A stretch of DNA of 63,732 bases, filler included, from Octopus bimaculoides (GCF_001194135.2; 5 parts of 4 records of this genome joined end to end with filler, not necessarily neighbours in it), one strand, 5' to 3'; positions 36,491 to 49,734 are shown, numbered from the whole stretch's first letter. The notes: generated from the sequence alone by a model not told the origin. Translations and numbers: made by a program.

Positions 36491-37671
36491 ATATATAACC
36501 TTTTATCGTACTAACTAGTCTTTACAAGTGCTCTTAGGGTTTTTTTTTTAGCGTCAACGGAAAGGACTTCTTTAACCTCGTGCCGGTTACAATCGATCAG
36601 ACCTAAAATTAAAGGCGTTTCAACCATGACCTTCTCGTCTTTTTCCAAATATAATTTGTCTAAGACTACATTACCGAATGTGTGCGCATGCGAGCGTGAG
36701 TGTGTTTTGCAAGATGGAAAGTTGTGTGCTGAGATTTAGCTGTTATTTATAGCAGATCAAGCGACCACACAGAAACCTCTACATATGATATAGCAAGTTG
36801 GATAATTTCTCTTAACGCAGGTTATCCGTGCAATTAGGACAAAAAATCCCCCTCAAAAAAAAAAGAATGACAGAGACAGATGGAAAACGAAGTCTGCCTC
36901 AAACCGACAGATTCACGACACTAGAGCTTATTCAAATTTATTATGCATTTACGCTGAGAATACAACACGCTCCACTCCACCTTGAATAATATTCATTTTC
37001 CAGTGAATGCTCTGGAGCTATGTGAAATGAGTGTCTTGCTCAAAACATAAAGTACCACCCTAGCTGAGAATCCAGCCCACAACTTAAAGCATGCCAGCCT
37101 ATCACTCTGTTAGGCTATCTTCACAAAATCTTATAATCTAATAAAGGGAAATAACCCCAATAAGTTCAGTGAAGTGCATACAGTCTTTAAAAGTAAATGG
37201 TTGAAAGCAACAGATGTGTTCAAGTCTTACTAGTGTATTTAGAAACCAATTTTATGCTTAATCCATTAGCATTCAGATACCTCTGTTAAATGTAATGCTT
37301 ATTTAATCACATAGTTTTCAATTAATCATGCATTATCTTCTGGCTTCAAGATTTCAATATTATTACTAAACTTTATTCTTTGAATAAAAACCAATCTCTT
37401 CAATGACAGAGTCTCCTATACGTCACTCAGTTTGCTAGAAATACCAGACATATCCACTTGGAATTACATTTTATCATCTTTAAAAATGAAAGACATAACT
37501 AGAAAGTGTTGTCTGAGGTGTACTGTACCTTAAAAATCTGCTGATATGATCATAGCTGGAATAACAACCCAAGCACAACTCATACCAAGAAAACACCTGC
37601 TAAACATGAGAAGCACTCAACTAAAGCTCTCATGGTCACTCCAAATGTTAGGCTTCACTATCAGCAATGTC

Positions 37672-38250
37672 CTCATCATTATCGTTTAATGTCCGCTTTC
37701 CATGCTAGCATGGGTTGGATGATTTGACTGAGGACTGGCGAACCGGATGGCTGTACCAGGCTCCAATCTAATTTGGCAGAATTTCTACAGCTGGATGCCC
37801 TTCCTAACGCCAACCACTCCGAGAGTGTAGTGGGTGCTTTTACGTGCCACCAGCACTAGGGCCAGTCAGGCGGCACTGGCAATGGCCACACTCAAAATGG
37901 TGTATTTCATGTGCCACCTGCACAGGAGCCAGTCCAGCGGCACTGGCAACGACCTCACTTGAATAACTTTCTAACGTGCCAGTAAGGCAATGCTGGTAAC
38001 GATCACACTCAAATGGTGTTATTTACGTGCCACTGGCACGGAAGCTAAACAACTGCTCGGGCAATGATCACGCTCGGACGGTGCTGTTAGTGCTCCACTG
38101 GCACAGATGCCAGTCATCGAATATGTTTCAATTTCACTTGCCCCGTACCAAATCAGACTGGAACCTGGTGCAGCTCTCTGGCTCATCAGCTCCAGTCAAA
38201 CTGTCTAACCCATGCCAGCATGGACAACAGATGTTAAATGATGATGATGT
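37672..38250. mobile_element. Family C repeats in divergent orientation (- copy 37672-38140, + 3' end 38150-38250)
   Basis: (CAT)n at the left end, (GAT)n at the right end. Confidence 0.8.
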
Positions 38251-38441
38251 CGATGATGGGAGCACCAAAATCTTTAAAGTGCTTAAGACCTCTACCAGCC
38301 TTAATTTTCCCCTTGGTCGTGTGTCCCATGATATTAAAGCTTGTGCCCAGACAGTAGGCCTGTGACATGTCTTGAGGCCAGCTCACCAGTCTTGTAAACT
38401 CTATTCACATAACCATAGCAGCAAGTTAGTATACAGAGGTT

Positions 38442-38790
38442 TTATTACCTCCACCTTAGTGAAAGCTGAGGTATTGTTTTCAGTTGTGTTTGTTTGTTTG
38501 TCTGTCTGTGAACAAGATATCTCAAGAACTGCTGGATGGATTCGGATGAAACTTTCAGGATTGTTTGACCTCATGACTGGCACGAACTGATTACATTTTG
38601 GGATCAATCTGGTACCAGACTACGATTCTCCATTATTTTTCCTGCTTTTTTTTTTTTTTTTTACTTCCTTTTTGAGAGCGGTTGGGTTGTTTTAGTATTC
38701 TCGTTTATTTCAGATATTCTCATTTTAAAAATCATCTCTGGCTAATCATTGAGAGGACGGCGGAGGTTTGCGCTCTTGTTGTTCACTGTG
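38442..38790 (+). mobile_element. Helentron-associated non-autonomous element (HINE/DINE-like)
   Basis: TTATTACCTCCACC start, GTTT/GTCT microsatellite, inverted GGCGGAGGT near the 3' end. Confidence 0.6.
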
Positions 38791-40149
38791 ATGTCAGCAA
38801 AGTATAATTTTTGCTATATCATTCAGCAGTGCATCGTTTTTCCCCTTGATTTAGCTAAATACACATCGCTTGCCTACTTGAGTCATTTATCTCAGATCAG
38901 TTTGTACTTTTTAATCATGAAGATTATACTTGCCAAAAATTATTGGCGACTCTTTTTCTACAGATAAAAACATGCCAGATGTTCAAAGCAACCATGATTG
39001 AATAGACAAAGTTCACTAAGAATGACACATATCTTTTGATTGCAGAAAAAGAGTGGCTTTTCTTGCTAAGCATATTAATTCATTTCCAGAGATATTCAGG
39101 TAGACCTCAACTGAGGTCTTTTCGAGTAGATGAGTGTAACCAATAAGGAGCTGTAAAGAGGGTTAAAGGTGGTGGCAACATTGTGTCAGAGTGGGCTCTT
39201 GGGACAGAAGAACAGGAAAGATGGGTGGGTTGAGATTGCAAGGGTGTATGGAGAGTGTGAGGGATGGTTAGAGATGGGATAGGTGTACAAATATACTGAA
39301 TGACAAACAAGAGTTGAAGTGAGAAGGGTCAATGATAAGTACAAGTTGGATGAAATTTAGGGGGGAGAGCAGAAAATTAAAGATTAGGAAAGGTGGTGGC
39401 TATTGCTGCACTGCTAAGTTATGAGGATGTAAACAAACCAACGTTGGTAGTCAAGCAGAGTGGGGATGCTCACAAGACTGATTGGCCTGAGGCTATAATA
39501 GAAGACACTTGTGGAAGGTTCAACACAGTGGAACTAAACCTGGAACCATTTGGTTGGGAAGTAACATTTCTTACCATACAGCTATACATGTGACATATAT
39601 GCTTGTTCCCAAAAATGTCTCAAAAACGGAAAGCCCCACCCTGGGTCCTCTATTAGATATTGAATGCTTTTAGGCACTAAAAACCATTTTTTTTCTCTGA
39701 ATATGTATTGGTGAACTTGGTGTATCTAATATGCCCTTCTGTCTTTTATGACATCAAACATGGTATATACAATATTTTGTTGTCTTGTAAAATTGAACTC
39801 ATGACAACAGGAAACAATGTAAAATAAACAATAGCTACTAATCTATTTGTCATAACATGTGAGCGAATGTTACACTTTCAATAGGTAAATAACCTCATTG
39901 TGACCTCAATTGTTAGTATTTGCTGTAGTCAGAGAATCAGGAAGGTGGTGGATGGGGAGGAAACAAGTGTAAGTGGGAAAGATGACAAAGGTTAGAGAGA
40001 GAATATAAAACGACAAAGGAAAATCATCATCGTTTAACGTCCGCTTTCCATAATGAAAAACAATGAGGTGCTAAACACTAGAATTTTCTAATTTTATTTA
40101 CTGGTCTTCAAAATATTTTATGTTTAAGTTTACATCTCCTTTTCTATCA

Positions 40150-40635
40150 TCATAGTTTAACATCTGCTTTCCATGCTGGCATGGGTTGGACAGTTCGACC
40201 GAGGACTGGTAAGCCAGGAAGTTGCACCAGGCTCCGATCTGGATGCCCATCCTAACACCAACCACTGAGAGTGTAGTGGGTGCTTTTTACATTCCACCAG
40301 CATGGGAGCTAGTCAGGCAATACTGGCAACAACCTCGTTCAAATGGTGCTTTTTATGTGCCACCGGCATGGGAGCCAGTCCAGTGGGACTGGTAACAACC
40401 ACCCTAAAATGGTGCTTTCTACGTGCCACCAGCATGGGAGTCAGTCAGACAGCACTGGTAACAACCACGCTCAAATGGTGCTTTTTACGTGCCTCTAGCA
40501 TGGGAGCTAGTCAGGTGGCACTGGCAACAACCATGCTCAAATGGTGCTTTCTACGTGCCACCGGCATGGGAGCCAATCAAGTAGCACTGGCATCGACCAC
40601 GCTCGAATGGTGCTCTTTATGTGCCACCGGCACAT
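40150..40635 (-). mobile_element. Family C repeat with five tandem 66-bp modules (40291-40620)
   Basis: The spurious ORF 40302..40694 repeats every 22 aa. Confidence 0.85.
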
Positions 40636-41799
40636 ATAACTTCAATATAATTGTCTGGCTCATCTATAAAATTATTCTGCTTAAGTACTGGTGAAGGGGC
40701 ACAGCTTAGTGGTTTGGGTATCCAGCTTAGGATCATGAGCTTGATTCCCTGCAGTGCATTGCAACTTTGAGCAAGACACTCTATTTCATGTTGCTCCAGT
40801 CCACTCAGCTGGCAAAAATGAGTTGTAGCTGTAATTCAAAGGACCAAACTTGTCTCATTCTGTGTCATGCTGAATCTCTCTGAGAACTGTATTAAGAGTA
40901 CATGTGTCTGTGGAGCACTCAGCCACTTGAACATTAATTTCACAAGCCGGCTGTTCTGTTGATTGGATCAACTGGAAGACTCACCACCATAACCTATGGA
41001 GTGCCAGCGTTTGGGTTTTAGTCTGTAAAAAAACTTCAACTATGGAACTAAATTGAAACTCTAACCCTTTCAACCTGGAATTCTTTCTCAAGTTGGTNNN
41101 NNNNNNNNNNNNNNNNNNNNNNNNNNNNNNNNNNNNNNNNNNNNNNNNNNNNNNNNNNNNNNNNNNNNNNNNNNNNNNNNNNNNNNNNNNNNNNNNNNNN
41201 NNNNNNNNNNNNNNNNNNNNNNNNNNNNNNNNNNNNNNNNNNNNNNNNNNNNNNNNNNNNNNNNNNNNNNNNNNNNNNNNNNNNNNNNNNNNNNNNNNNN
41301 NNNNNNNNNNNNNNNNNNNNNNNNNNNNNNNNNNNNNNNNNNNNNNNNNNNNNNNNNNNNNNNNNNNNNNNNNNNNNNNNNNNNNNNNNNNNNNNNNNNN
41401 NNNNNNNNNNNNNNNNNNNNNNNNNNNNNNNNNNNNNNNNNNNNNNNNNNNNNNNNNNNNNNNNNNNNNNNNNNNNNNNNNNNNNNNNNNNNNNNNNNNN
41501 NNNNNNNNNNNNNNNNNNNNNNNNNNNNNNNNNNNNNNNNNNNNNNNNNNNNNNNNNNNNNNNNNNNNNNNNNNNNNNNNNNNNNNNNNNNNNNNNNNNN
41601 NNNNNNNNNNNNNNNNNNNNNNNNNNNNNNNNNNNNNNNNNNNNNNNNNNNNNNNNNNNNNNNNNNNNNNNNNNNNNNNNNNNNNNNNNNNNNNNNNNNN
41701 NNNNNNNNNNNNNNNNNNNNNNNNNNNNNNNNNNNNNNNNNNNNNNNNNNNNNNNNNNNNNNNNNNNNNNNNNNNNNNNNNNNNNNNNNNNNNNNNNNN

Positions 41800-41836
<37 letters not shown>

Positions 41837-42010
41837 CATATATACGACGGGCTTCTTTCAGTTTCTGTCTACCAAATTCACTCACAAGGTTTTGGTCGGT
41901 CCGTGGCTGTAGTAGAAGACACTTGCCCAAGGTGCCACGCAGTGGGACTGAACCCGGAACCATGTGGTTGGTAAGCAAGCTACTTACCACACAGCCACTC
42001 CTGCGCCTAT
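41800..42010 (-). mobile_element. SINE family A 5' half next to an N gap (41098-41799)
   Basis: Direct match to 33602. Confidence 0.85.
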
Positions 42011-43226
42011 GGATATTGTCCAACCATAACCAACTGAGATCTATCCCTAGATCTCCTACTGGTGGGCTCAGCTTGAAGAATTTGCCTTGTGATCTTTTCC
42101 TGCAACATTCCAACCTTATGTCAGGTAGTTCAGGAGCTGTGACCTCTCAGTGTGGAGAAGTAGCAACTCAACCAGGAGAAATTCCCTGATGCCCGATCTA
42201 TACACACTATTGGCTCATCTTACTCCAGAGACCCTTCAGAGGGACCCCATCTTGGCCACTTGAATTGCTATGAAAAACAATCTATTCATCGATAAAATGT
42301 GGAATAGATACATTACAGCATCTAGTTTCACAATTAAACATCCTGGGTTTAATGTTTATCTTTCTTTCTAAGAAAGATAAACTATTGTGTAGTGCAGATC
42401 AAGCAGACCTTTTTTTAACACACAGTTCCAGATATGTCACACCTATAACCAATTAATTTTTAATAATTTAGGCCTGAATCCAGCAATGAAGAAGAGAAGG
42501 AAGTTAGTCAATTAAACTAACACTGATATTTGACAGGTACTCAATTTTATTGACCCTGAGGAGATAAAAGGCAAAGTTGACCTTAACTGGATTTGAACTC
42601 GGAAATGTAAACAACTCTAAACAAATCCTGGAAACTATTTTACTCAATGCTCTAATATTTCTGCCTGCACTAATTACCCACTTAGAAAATCTAGTTATGT
42701 TCCCAAGCAAAATACATAAACACTATTTGCTGCACTTTGTTTGAACTAATCAAAGCAGTTTCATATCACTTCACAGCATATTATGGCAGTAGAAAGAGAA
42801 TTCAAATGAAAACCTGAATTACACATCATCATCATCATCATCATCATTTAATGCCTGTTTTCCATACTGGCATAAGTTGGACGGTTTGATGGGAGTAAAG
42901 TGGTTGGCATTAGGAAGGGTAACCATGTAAAATTTTCACTATGAAGTAAGAAAAAAAAAAGAAAAAAAAAAAAGGAAAACATATTTGGTATCTTTTTAAT
43001 TAACAAAAAAAAAATAAAAAAATAAAAACAACAAAGAATGATGATGATGCTGTTTTCCAGTGAGGGTTTTTATGTACATGTTATGTTGAAGATGTAGACT
43101 TTGGAAACTGCAATAAAGCTCTTCCTGTGACTCTAGATATTGTTCTTTTGTTTTGCTTTTAAATTTTGTACAATATAAAATGATCTGATTAGCAAGTGAG
43201 ATGACCCGAGTTTGGTGGTCACTGGC

Positions 43227-43322
43227 TCAACTCTGGACTGTACACTGGCTGTTGACAAATTGGGTCAGTTCCATCACTTTACGCTTGTATGTGTTCACAC
43301 TGGTCAGTAACATGTCGTGCAA
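43227..43322 (-). CDS. NUP160: NUP160 terminal exon (LHDMLLTSVNTYKRKVMELTQFVNSQCTVQS*)
   Basis: TTTCAG acceptor; position and helix pattern match the human end (ILDKLEDYQQKVDKAT). Confidence 0.65.
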   Translation of the reverse strand: MHDMLLTSVNTYKRKVMELTQFVNSQCTVQS

Positions 43323-43612
43323 CTGAAACGAGAGAAGCATTGGGTTAGGATGGCATTCAAGCGGAGAGTTGATAATGTGTGTATGAGAGAATGTACCTGA
43401 ACATACATGTCTGTGTGTGTGTTTATGCATGAGAGAATCTGTTGTTTAGCTTTATATCAGTCCGGAGAAAACGTGTGGGTGTGTGTGCATTAACTACAGG
43501 GTTAGAGCATTTTAGCTCATATTTCTAGCAATGTGTTTCCTGACACCTTAATCACATTTAGTGACATTTGTAATTCTCCTTGTTGGTGAAATGTTGCAAC
43601 CTGCTGTTTATA

Positions 43613-43655
<43 letters not shown>

Positions 43656-44774
43656 ACCAGAGAGAGGTAGAGATTAAAATGAAAGAAAGAAAAACGGTAA
43701 AAACAGTGAGGTGGAATGAGAGAAGTGTAGAACAGAAAGATGAATAGTTAAGACAATGGGGTGTATGTGAGAGAGAGAAAGAGAAGTAACAAGAGGAAGA
43801 AGTAGAGAGAGAGAGAGAGTAGGAGGAGGAAAAAGTGAAGTTGACATCACCAGGACTTGAACTCAGAAATGCAAAGTGTGAAAATACTGCAAAGTACTTC
43901 TGTCTATTGCTCTGACAACTCTACCAACTGACTGCCAATGGGAAGCCTGTCTTCACATGTGTGTGTGAATCAAAAATAAATTCTCTTATTCTTTTTCTTG
44001 TTTCACTCGTTTTGACTGTGGCCAAGCTGGAGCACTGCCTTTTAGTCAAAGAAATCGACCTCTGGACTTATTCTATGTAAGCCTGGTACTTATTCTATCG
44101 GTCTCTTTTGCCAAACCACTAGGTTACGGGGACGTAAATACACCAACATTGATTGTCAAGCGATGGTGGTGGTGGGGGTAAGANNNNNNNNNNNNNNNNN
44201 NNNNNNNNNNNNNNNNNNNNNNNNNNNNNNNNNNNNNNNNNNNNNNNNNNNNNNNNNNNNNNNNNNNNNNNNNNNNNNNNNNNNNNNNNNNNNNNNNNNN
44301 NNNNNNNNNNNNNNNNNNNNNNNNNNNNNNNNNNNNNNNNNNNNNNNNNNNNNNNNNNNNNNNNNNNNNNNNNNNNNNNNNNNNNNNNNNNNNNNNNNNN
44401 NNNNNNNNNNNNNNNNNNNNNNNNNNNNNNNNNNNNNNNNNNNNNNNNNNNNNNNNNNNNNNNNNNNNNNNNNNNNNNNNNNNNNNNNNNNNNNNNNNNN
44501 NNNNNNNNNNNNNNNNNNNNNNNNNNNNNNNNNNNNNNNNNNNNNNNNNNNNNNNNNNNNNNNNNNNNNNNNNNNNNNNNNNNNNNNNNNNNNNNNNNNN
44601 NNNNNNNNNNNNNNNNNNNNNNNNNNNNNNNNNNNNNNNNNNNNNNNNNNNNNNNNNNNNNNNNNNNNNNNNNNNNNNNNNNNNNNNNNNNNNNNNNNNN
44701 NNNNNNNNNNNNNNNNNNNNNNNNNNNNNNNNNNNNNNNNNNNNNNNNNNNNNNNNNNNNNNNNNNNNNNNNNN

Positions 44775-44862
44775 TGTGATTTTCTTCTTGGAGTGTCAGA
44801 ATGATTTGGTCAATACTTGTTAATGGTATCCATAAAGAAAACGGTTTGTTTATTATGTATCC
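44775..44862 (-). CDS. NUP160: NUP160 penultimate exon, 3' end lost in an N gap (44184-44774)
   Basis: GYIINKPFSLWIPLTSIDQIILTLQEENH resembles human VWLPYSSIDQLLQALGEN; TTCTCCACAG acceptor in phase 0. Confidence 0.85.
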
Positions 44863-44919
44863 CTGTGGAGAAAGTAAATTAAGCAGACAAATGAGTTTCA
44901 GAGTTGATGATTTTAATTG

Positions 44920-45089
44920 TACTGTATTTTAAACACGTATAAGGGACCCTTTTTTGTCAAAAATTAGGTTTAAAAAAAGGGAGTTTCTTATGTATGGATA
45001 GTATTATAATCCCTTACAAAAGTTTTTTTTCTTCTAAACTTTAAGCCCCCAAAATTAGGGGGGTTCCTTATACATGTTAAAATACAGTA
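44920..45089. mobile_element. TA-flanked MITE (Tc1/mariner-pogo type)
   Basis: TACTGTATTTTAAACACGTATAAGG / CCTTATACATGTTAAAATACAGTA. Confidence 0.75.
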
Positions 45090-45719
45090 ATTTTTATATA
45101 ATTAAGTGTCAGAATAGCTGTGCGGTAAGAAGTTTGCTTCCCAACTACACGGTTCTGGGTTCAGTCCCACAACACAGCACCTTGGACAGGTAGTTCATTC
45201 ACACGAGATTCTGCTACTCTTTAAATGTCTGCTGTCCATAAAATTTGGTTGAAGTGGATTTTCTACAGCTAGGTGTTTTTCTTGTTGCCAGCCTTCACCA
45301 GTTTCCAAGAAAGACGATAACTTCCTTAAATCCAGGCATTTTGCTTTTTCATGGAAGATTAGAACCAAATAACACCATTTCTATGATGGAGACATTTGTT
45401 TTACAATTAGTGTCTGATGCCAAGGCAAGGAGTCTCTCTCTCTCTCTCTCTCATGCACACAAATATATACACATTATGGGTTTCTCTTCTCAATTTCTGC
45501 CAACTAATTTTACTCACAAAATTTTTCTTGGCCTCGAGCACTAGAGTTAAGGTCAAGGTGTTGTCCTGTGGGATTGAACCCGAAAGCCTATCTAAGCATT
45601 TGGTTAACAAAAGAAATCAGAACAGTTTCCGTTGCCAGTTAAATCACAACACATTTTCACAATATCAGAACCAAGAGAAATAGGGATTCAAATAAAGTTT
45701 TTTTTTTTTTAAATCTTAT

Positions 45720-46104
45720 TTGCATGGCTGTGAGGTAAGAAGTTTGTTTCCCAACTACATGGTTCTGTGTTTAGTCCCACTGCACAACACCTTGGACAAG
45801 TGTCTTCTATTATAGCCTTGGGCCAACCAAAGCCTTGCAAGTGGATTTGGTAGACAGAAACTGAAAGCAGCAGAATCGTTAGCATGCCGGGCGAAATGCT
45901 TAGTGGTATTTCGTCTGCTGTTACGTTCTGAGTTCAAATTCCGCTGAGGTTGACTTTGCTTTCATCTCTTTCGGGGTCGGTAAATTAAGTACCAGTTATG
46001 CACTGGGGTCGATGTAATCGACTTAATCCCTTTGTCTGTCCTTGTTTGTCCCCTCTATGTTTAGCCCCCTGGGGGCAATAAAGAAATAGGAAACTGAAAG
46101 CAGC
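45720..46104 (+). mobile_element. SINE family B (45872-46089) nested in a family A head, 15-bp TSD
   Basis: GAAACTGAAAGCAGC at 45857-71 and 46090-104. Confidence 0.85.
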
Positions 46105-46228
46105 ATGGTGTGTGTTACTATCTCCTAGCCTTGACATCAAATGATAGTCGTAAATGAGATTCACCATCATACAAGCAGTGTTCTGCACAACGCCAGCACC
46201 TATCAAATATAAAGAACAAACAACTTAC

Positions 46229-46366
46229 TTTAAGTCTGTACAGGTGATTGTCTTGGCCCTGTAATGTTCCCAACACAGCATCCAAGTACTCTAGAGTAAC
46301 AGCAACAGCTTCTTCTAATTTGTCAAAGCCAATATATAAACGTATTAATTCTGCAACATCTAGGGT
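46229..46366 (-). CDS. NUP160: NUP160 exon (TLDVAELIRLYIGFDKLEEAVAVTLEYLDAVLG..)
   Basis: Resembles human DAAELLRLYLNYDLLEEAVDLVSEYVDAVLG; TTCTTTGCAG and GTAAGT sites, 138 nt, phase 0/0. Confidence 0.88.
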
Positions 46367-46439
46367 CTGCAAAGAAATACGACAAAAATGAAATTAGCAT
46401 CTTATCACAATTTGGGATTAAGTGTAGAGGTTTTGATCG

Positions 46440-46893
46440 AAATCGTGAGGGCGCCTTCCTGGCACTTGTGCCAGTGGCATGTGTAAAGACATTCGAGCGA
46501 GATCGTTGCCAGTGCTGCTGGACTGGCTCCTGTGCAGGTGGTACGTAAAATACACCATTTTGAGCATGGCCGTTGCCAGTACCGCCTGACTGGCCTTCGT
46601 GCCAGTGGCACGTAAAAGCACCCACTACACTCTCAGAGTGGTTGGCGTTAGGAAGGGCATCCAGCTGTTGAAACTCTGCCAAATCAGATTGGAGCCTGGT
46701 GTAGCCATCTGGTTCACCCACCAGTCCTCAGTCAAATCGTCCAACTCCAGTACTTGNNNNNNNNNNTCTCGGAGTGGTTGGCGTTAGGAAGGGCATCCAG
46801 CTGTAGAAACTCTGCCAAATCAGATTGGAGCCTGGTGTAGCCATCTGGTTCACCCACCAGTCCTCAGTCAAATCGTCCAACTCCAGTACTTGT
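46440..46893 (+). mobile_element. Family C repeat; its 3' part is duplicated across a short N gap
   Basis: Same sequence ending CCAACTCCAGTACTTG on both sides of 46757-66. Confidence 0.8.
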
Positions 46894-47619
46894 CTGGGAC
46901 TTATTTTATCAACTCAAAAAGATTAGAAACAAAGTCAGCATCATTGGAATCTGAATTAGAATGTAAAGAGCCAAAAGAAATGTGTTGCTAAGCATTTTGT
47001 CTGACATGCCAATGTACTAGAGTGAACTCTTCAGCCTTAATCACGTGGAACAACATCTCAAATGGCACAATAAAATGTACACACTGTAAAGCTGATGATA
47101 GGAAAGAGATCCAATTGCAGAAACCAAGCCCAAAATGTAACATATGAGTGATATGTGGAATCTAAAAGCTGAACTGAAAGCTACCTGTCTAGGAGAGCAA
47201 TAAATGCAAATAAGAACTGATACAAGGTAGAGGAGAGACTCTTTAGTCTTCCTTACATAAGACTATCTCTAGTGTTGGTGACACAATAAAATGGGACTAA
47301 GAAATACACAACAACAAAGCCTGCTAGTTTTCTCTGTCATTATGTGTTCAAGCTGATGCAGTCCATGATGACCCAACCAATCAACCATGGCAAAGAAAAA
47401 TGAAAGTAAAATGATGACAGCAATGAAAACTGTTCATACATAATGAGCAAATGATATTAGAAATATGTAAGTTAGGGTCAATATTTAATGCAAGGAGCAT
47501 TAATAAGCCAAAAGAAATACCTCAAAGCACCCTGAGAGTTGAAAGATTCAGCCACTTTACTGCCCGAGACTGGTATTCTATTAGCCCCAAAAAGATGTAA
47601 AATAAATTTGATCAAGGTT

Positions 47620-47732
47620 CCAGGTTCAGTCCCACTGCATGGCACCTTGGGCAAGTGTCTTCCACTATAGCCTCGGGCCAACCAAAGCCTTGTGAGTGGA
47701 TTTGGTAGACGAAAACTGAAAGAAGCCTGTCG

Positions 47733-47778
<46 letters not shown>

Positions 47779-47821
47779 CGTGCGTGCTTGTGTGTCTGTG
47801 TTTGTCTCCCTAACATCACTT
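47620..47821 (+). mobile_element. SINE family A, truncated by an N gap (47822-48358)
   Basis: Direct match. Confidence 0.85.
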
Positions 47822-48358
47822 NNNNNNNNNNNNNNNNNNNNNNNNNNNNNNNNNNNNNNNNNNNNNNNNNNNNNNNNNNNNNNNNNNNNNNNNNNNNNNN
47901 NNNNNNNNNNNNNNNNNNNNNNNNNNNNNNNNNNNNNNNNNNNNNNNNNNNNNNNNNNNNNNNNNNNNNNNNNNNNNNNNNNNNNNNNNNNNNNNNNNNN
48001 NNNNNNNNNNNNNNNNNNNNNNNNNNNNNNNNNNNNNNNNNNNNNNNNNNNNNNNNNNNNNNNNNNNNNNNNNNNNNNNNNNNNNNNNNNNNNNNNNNNN
48101 NNNNNNNNNNNNNNNNNNNNNNNNNNNNNNNNNNNNNNNNNNNNNNNNNNNNNNNNNNNNNNNNNNNNNNNNNNNNNNNNNNNNNNNNNNNNNNNNNNNN
48201 NNNNNNNNNNNNNNNNNNNNNNNNNNNNNNNNNNNNNNNNNNNNNNNNNNNNNNNNNNNNNNNNNNNNNNNNNNNNNNNNNNNNNNNNNNNNNNNNNNNN
48301 NNNNNNNNNNNNNNNNNNNNNNNNNNNNNNNNNNNNNNNNNNNNNNNNNNNNNNNNNA

Positions 48359-48650
48359 AAGGCAAAGTCGACCTCGGCGGAATTAGAACTCAGAGCATAA
48401 CAGCAGACGAAATACCTATTTCTTTATTGCCCACAAGGGGCTAAACATAGAGGGGACAAACAAGGACAGACAAAGGGATTAAGTCGATTACATCGACCCC
48501 AGTGCGTAACTAGTACTTAATTTATCGACCCCGAAAGGATGAAAGGCAAAGTCGACCTCGGCAGAATTTGAACTCAGAACGTCACAGCAGACGAAATACC
48601 GCTAAGCATTTTGCCCAGCATGCTAACGATTCTGCCAGCTCGCCACCTAA
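48359..48650 (-). mobile_element. SINE family B, one fragment plus one full copy
   Basis: Direct match. Confidence 0.85.
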
Positions 48651-49079
48651 ATAATGATAACTGTTTTTAACCCAGGCACAAAACATGACATTTGGTGGAA
48701 GGAAGAGTTGGCCCCAGAACTTGACTGACACTTTTTTTTGTTTTATCAACCCTGGAAGGACAAATGGCAAAGTTCACCTTGGTTAAATTTGAACTTAGTA
48801 AAGATAATAAGGAGCCAGAGCAAATACTGATACTCGAATGATTCCACCAGCTCACAACCTTAATAATAATCCTTTCTACTATAGGCATATGGCCTGACAT
48901 TTGTAGTGAGGGAGCTAATCGATTACACCCCACCCCCACCGTGTTCAACTGGCCCTTATTTTATTGACCCTGGAAAGATGATATCAGTGGAATTTGAACC
49001 CAGAACAAAAAGCTGGAACAAATGCTGCCAAGCATTTTGTCCTGCATGCTAACAACTCTTCCCATTTGTCACCTTAAAT

Positions 49080-49493
49080 CAGTGGTTTTTCAGTGTTGGT
49101 CCTTAAGGTCCATTAGTGGGCCTGGGAAAATTTTGAGGGTGCCTGAGAAAATTTTGAGAGAGCCTTGGGAATTCTCTGGATTGGAAACAAGTTGCTTTTA
49201 GTATTCAATCTGTAGTCTTGACCAGCATTACCAAAAGATTTTTCCAAAACATAACAAATGTTTATCTCAAAATGTTACAAACATAACAAACAGCATAGCA
49301 ACACATAAATTTTGTCAAAAACATAACAAATTTGTTATGAACCTAACAATTTTGGCAATGCTGGTTCAATTACTACTTTATGGGATTTATATTTTGGAAG
49401 AGGGTTGGATAAATGGCTTACAGGTCAATGGGTCCCCCGAGACATTTTGATTATAAAAAGTGGGCCCAAAGGTGAAAAGGTTGAGAATCACTG
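49080..49493. mobile_element. hAT-type MITE containing an inner inverted-repeat element (49212-49376)
   Basis: CAGTGGTTTTTCA / TGAGAATCACTG termini; perfect 8-bp TSD CCTTAAAT. Confidence 0.85.
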
Positions 49494-49734
49494 CCTTAAA
49501 TAATAATAATAATGATAATAACAGTTTCTTTATTAATTGCTACAAATGTGATGGATGAGGAAATATTACAGGGATACAGTACAAAATGTGAGAGAATTTA
49601 AATTGAAACTGAATGAAAGGAAATAAGTGATGACATACACAGCATACAAAATACTAGCTTATATCACTCTTTCTCACGGAACCCCTAGGAACCTTTTGCA
49701 GAACCCTAGGGTTCTATTGAACCCGGTTGAAAAA

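Noticed and set aside
46630-46893. Apparent tandem duplication of a family C 3' end
   Set aside because: Near-identical sequence on both sides of a ~10-N gap is typical of unmerged contig overlap.
40981-48444. Long ORFs containing X runs (40981-42113, 44153-44804, 47478-48444)
   Set aside because: They are open only because N gaps contain no stops.
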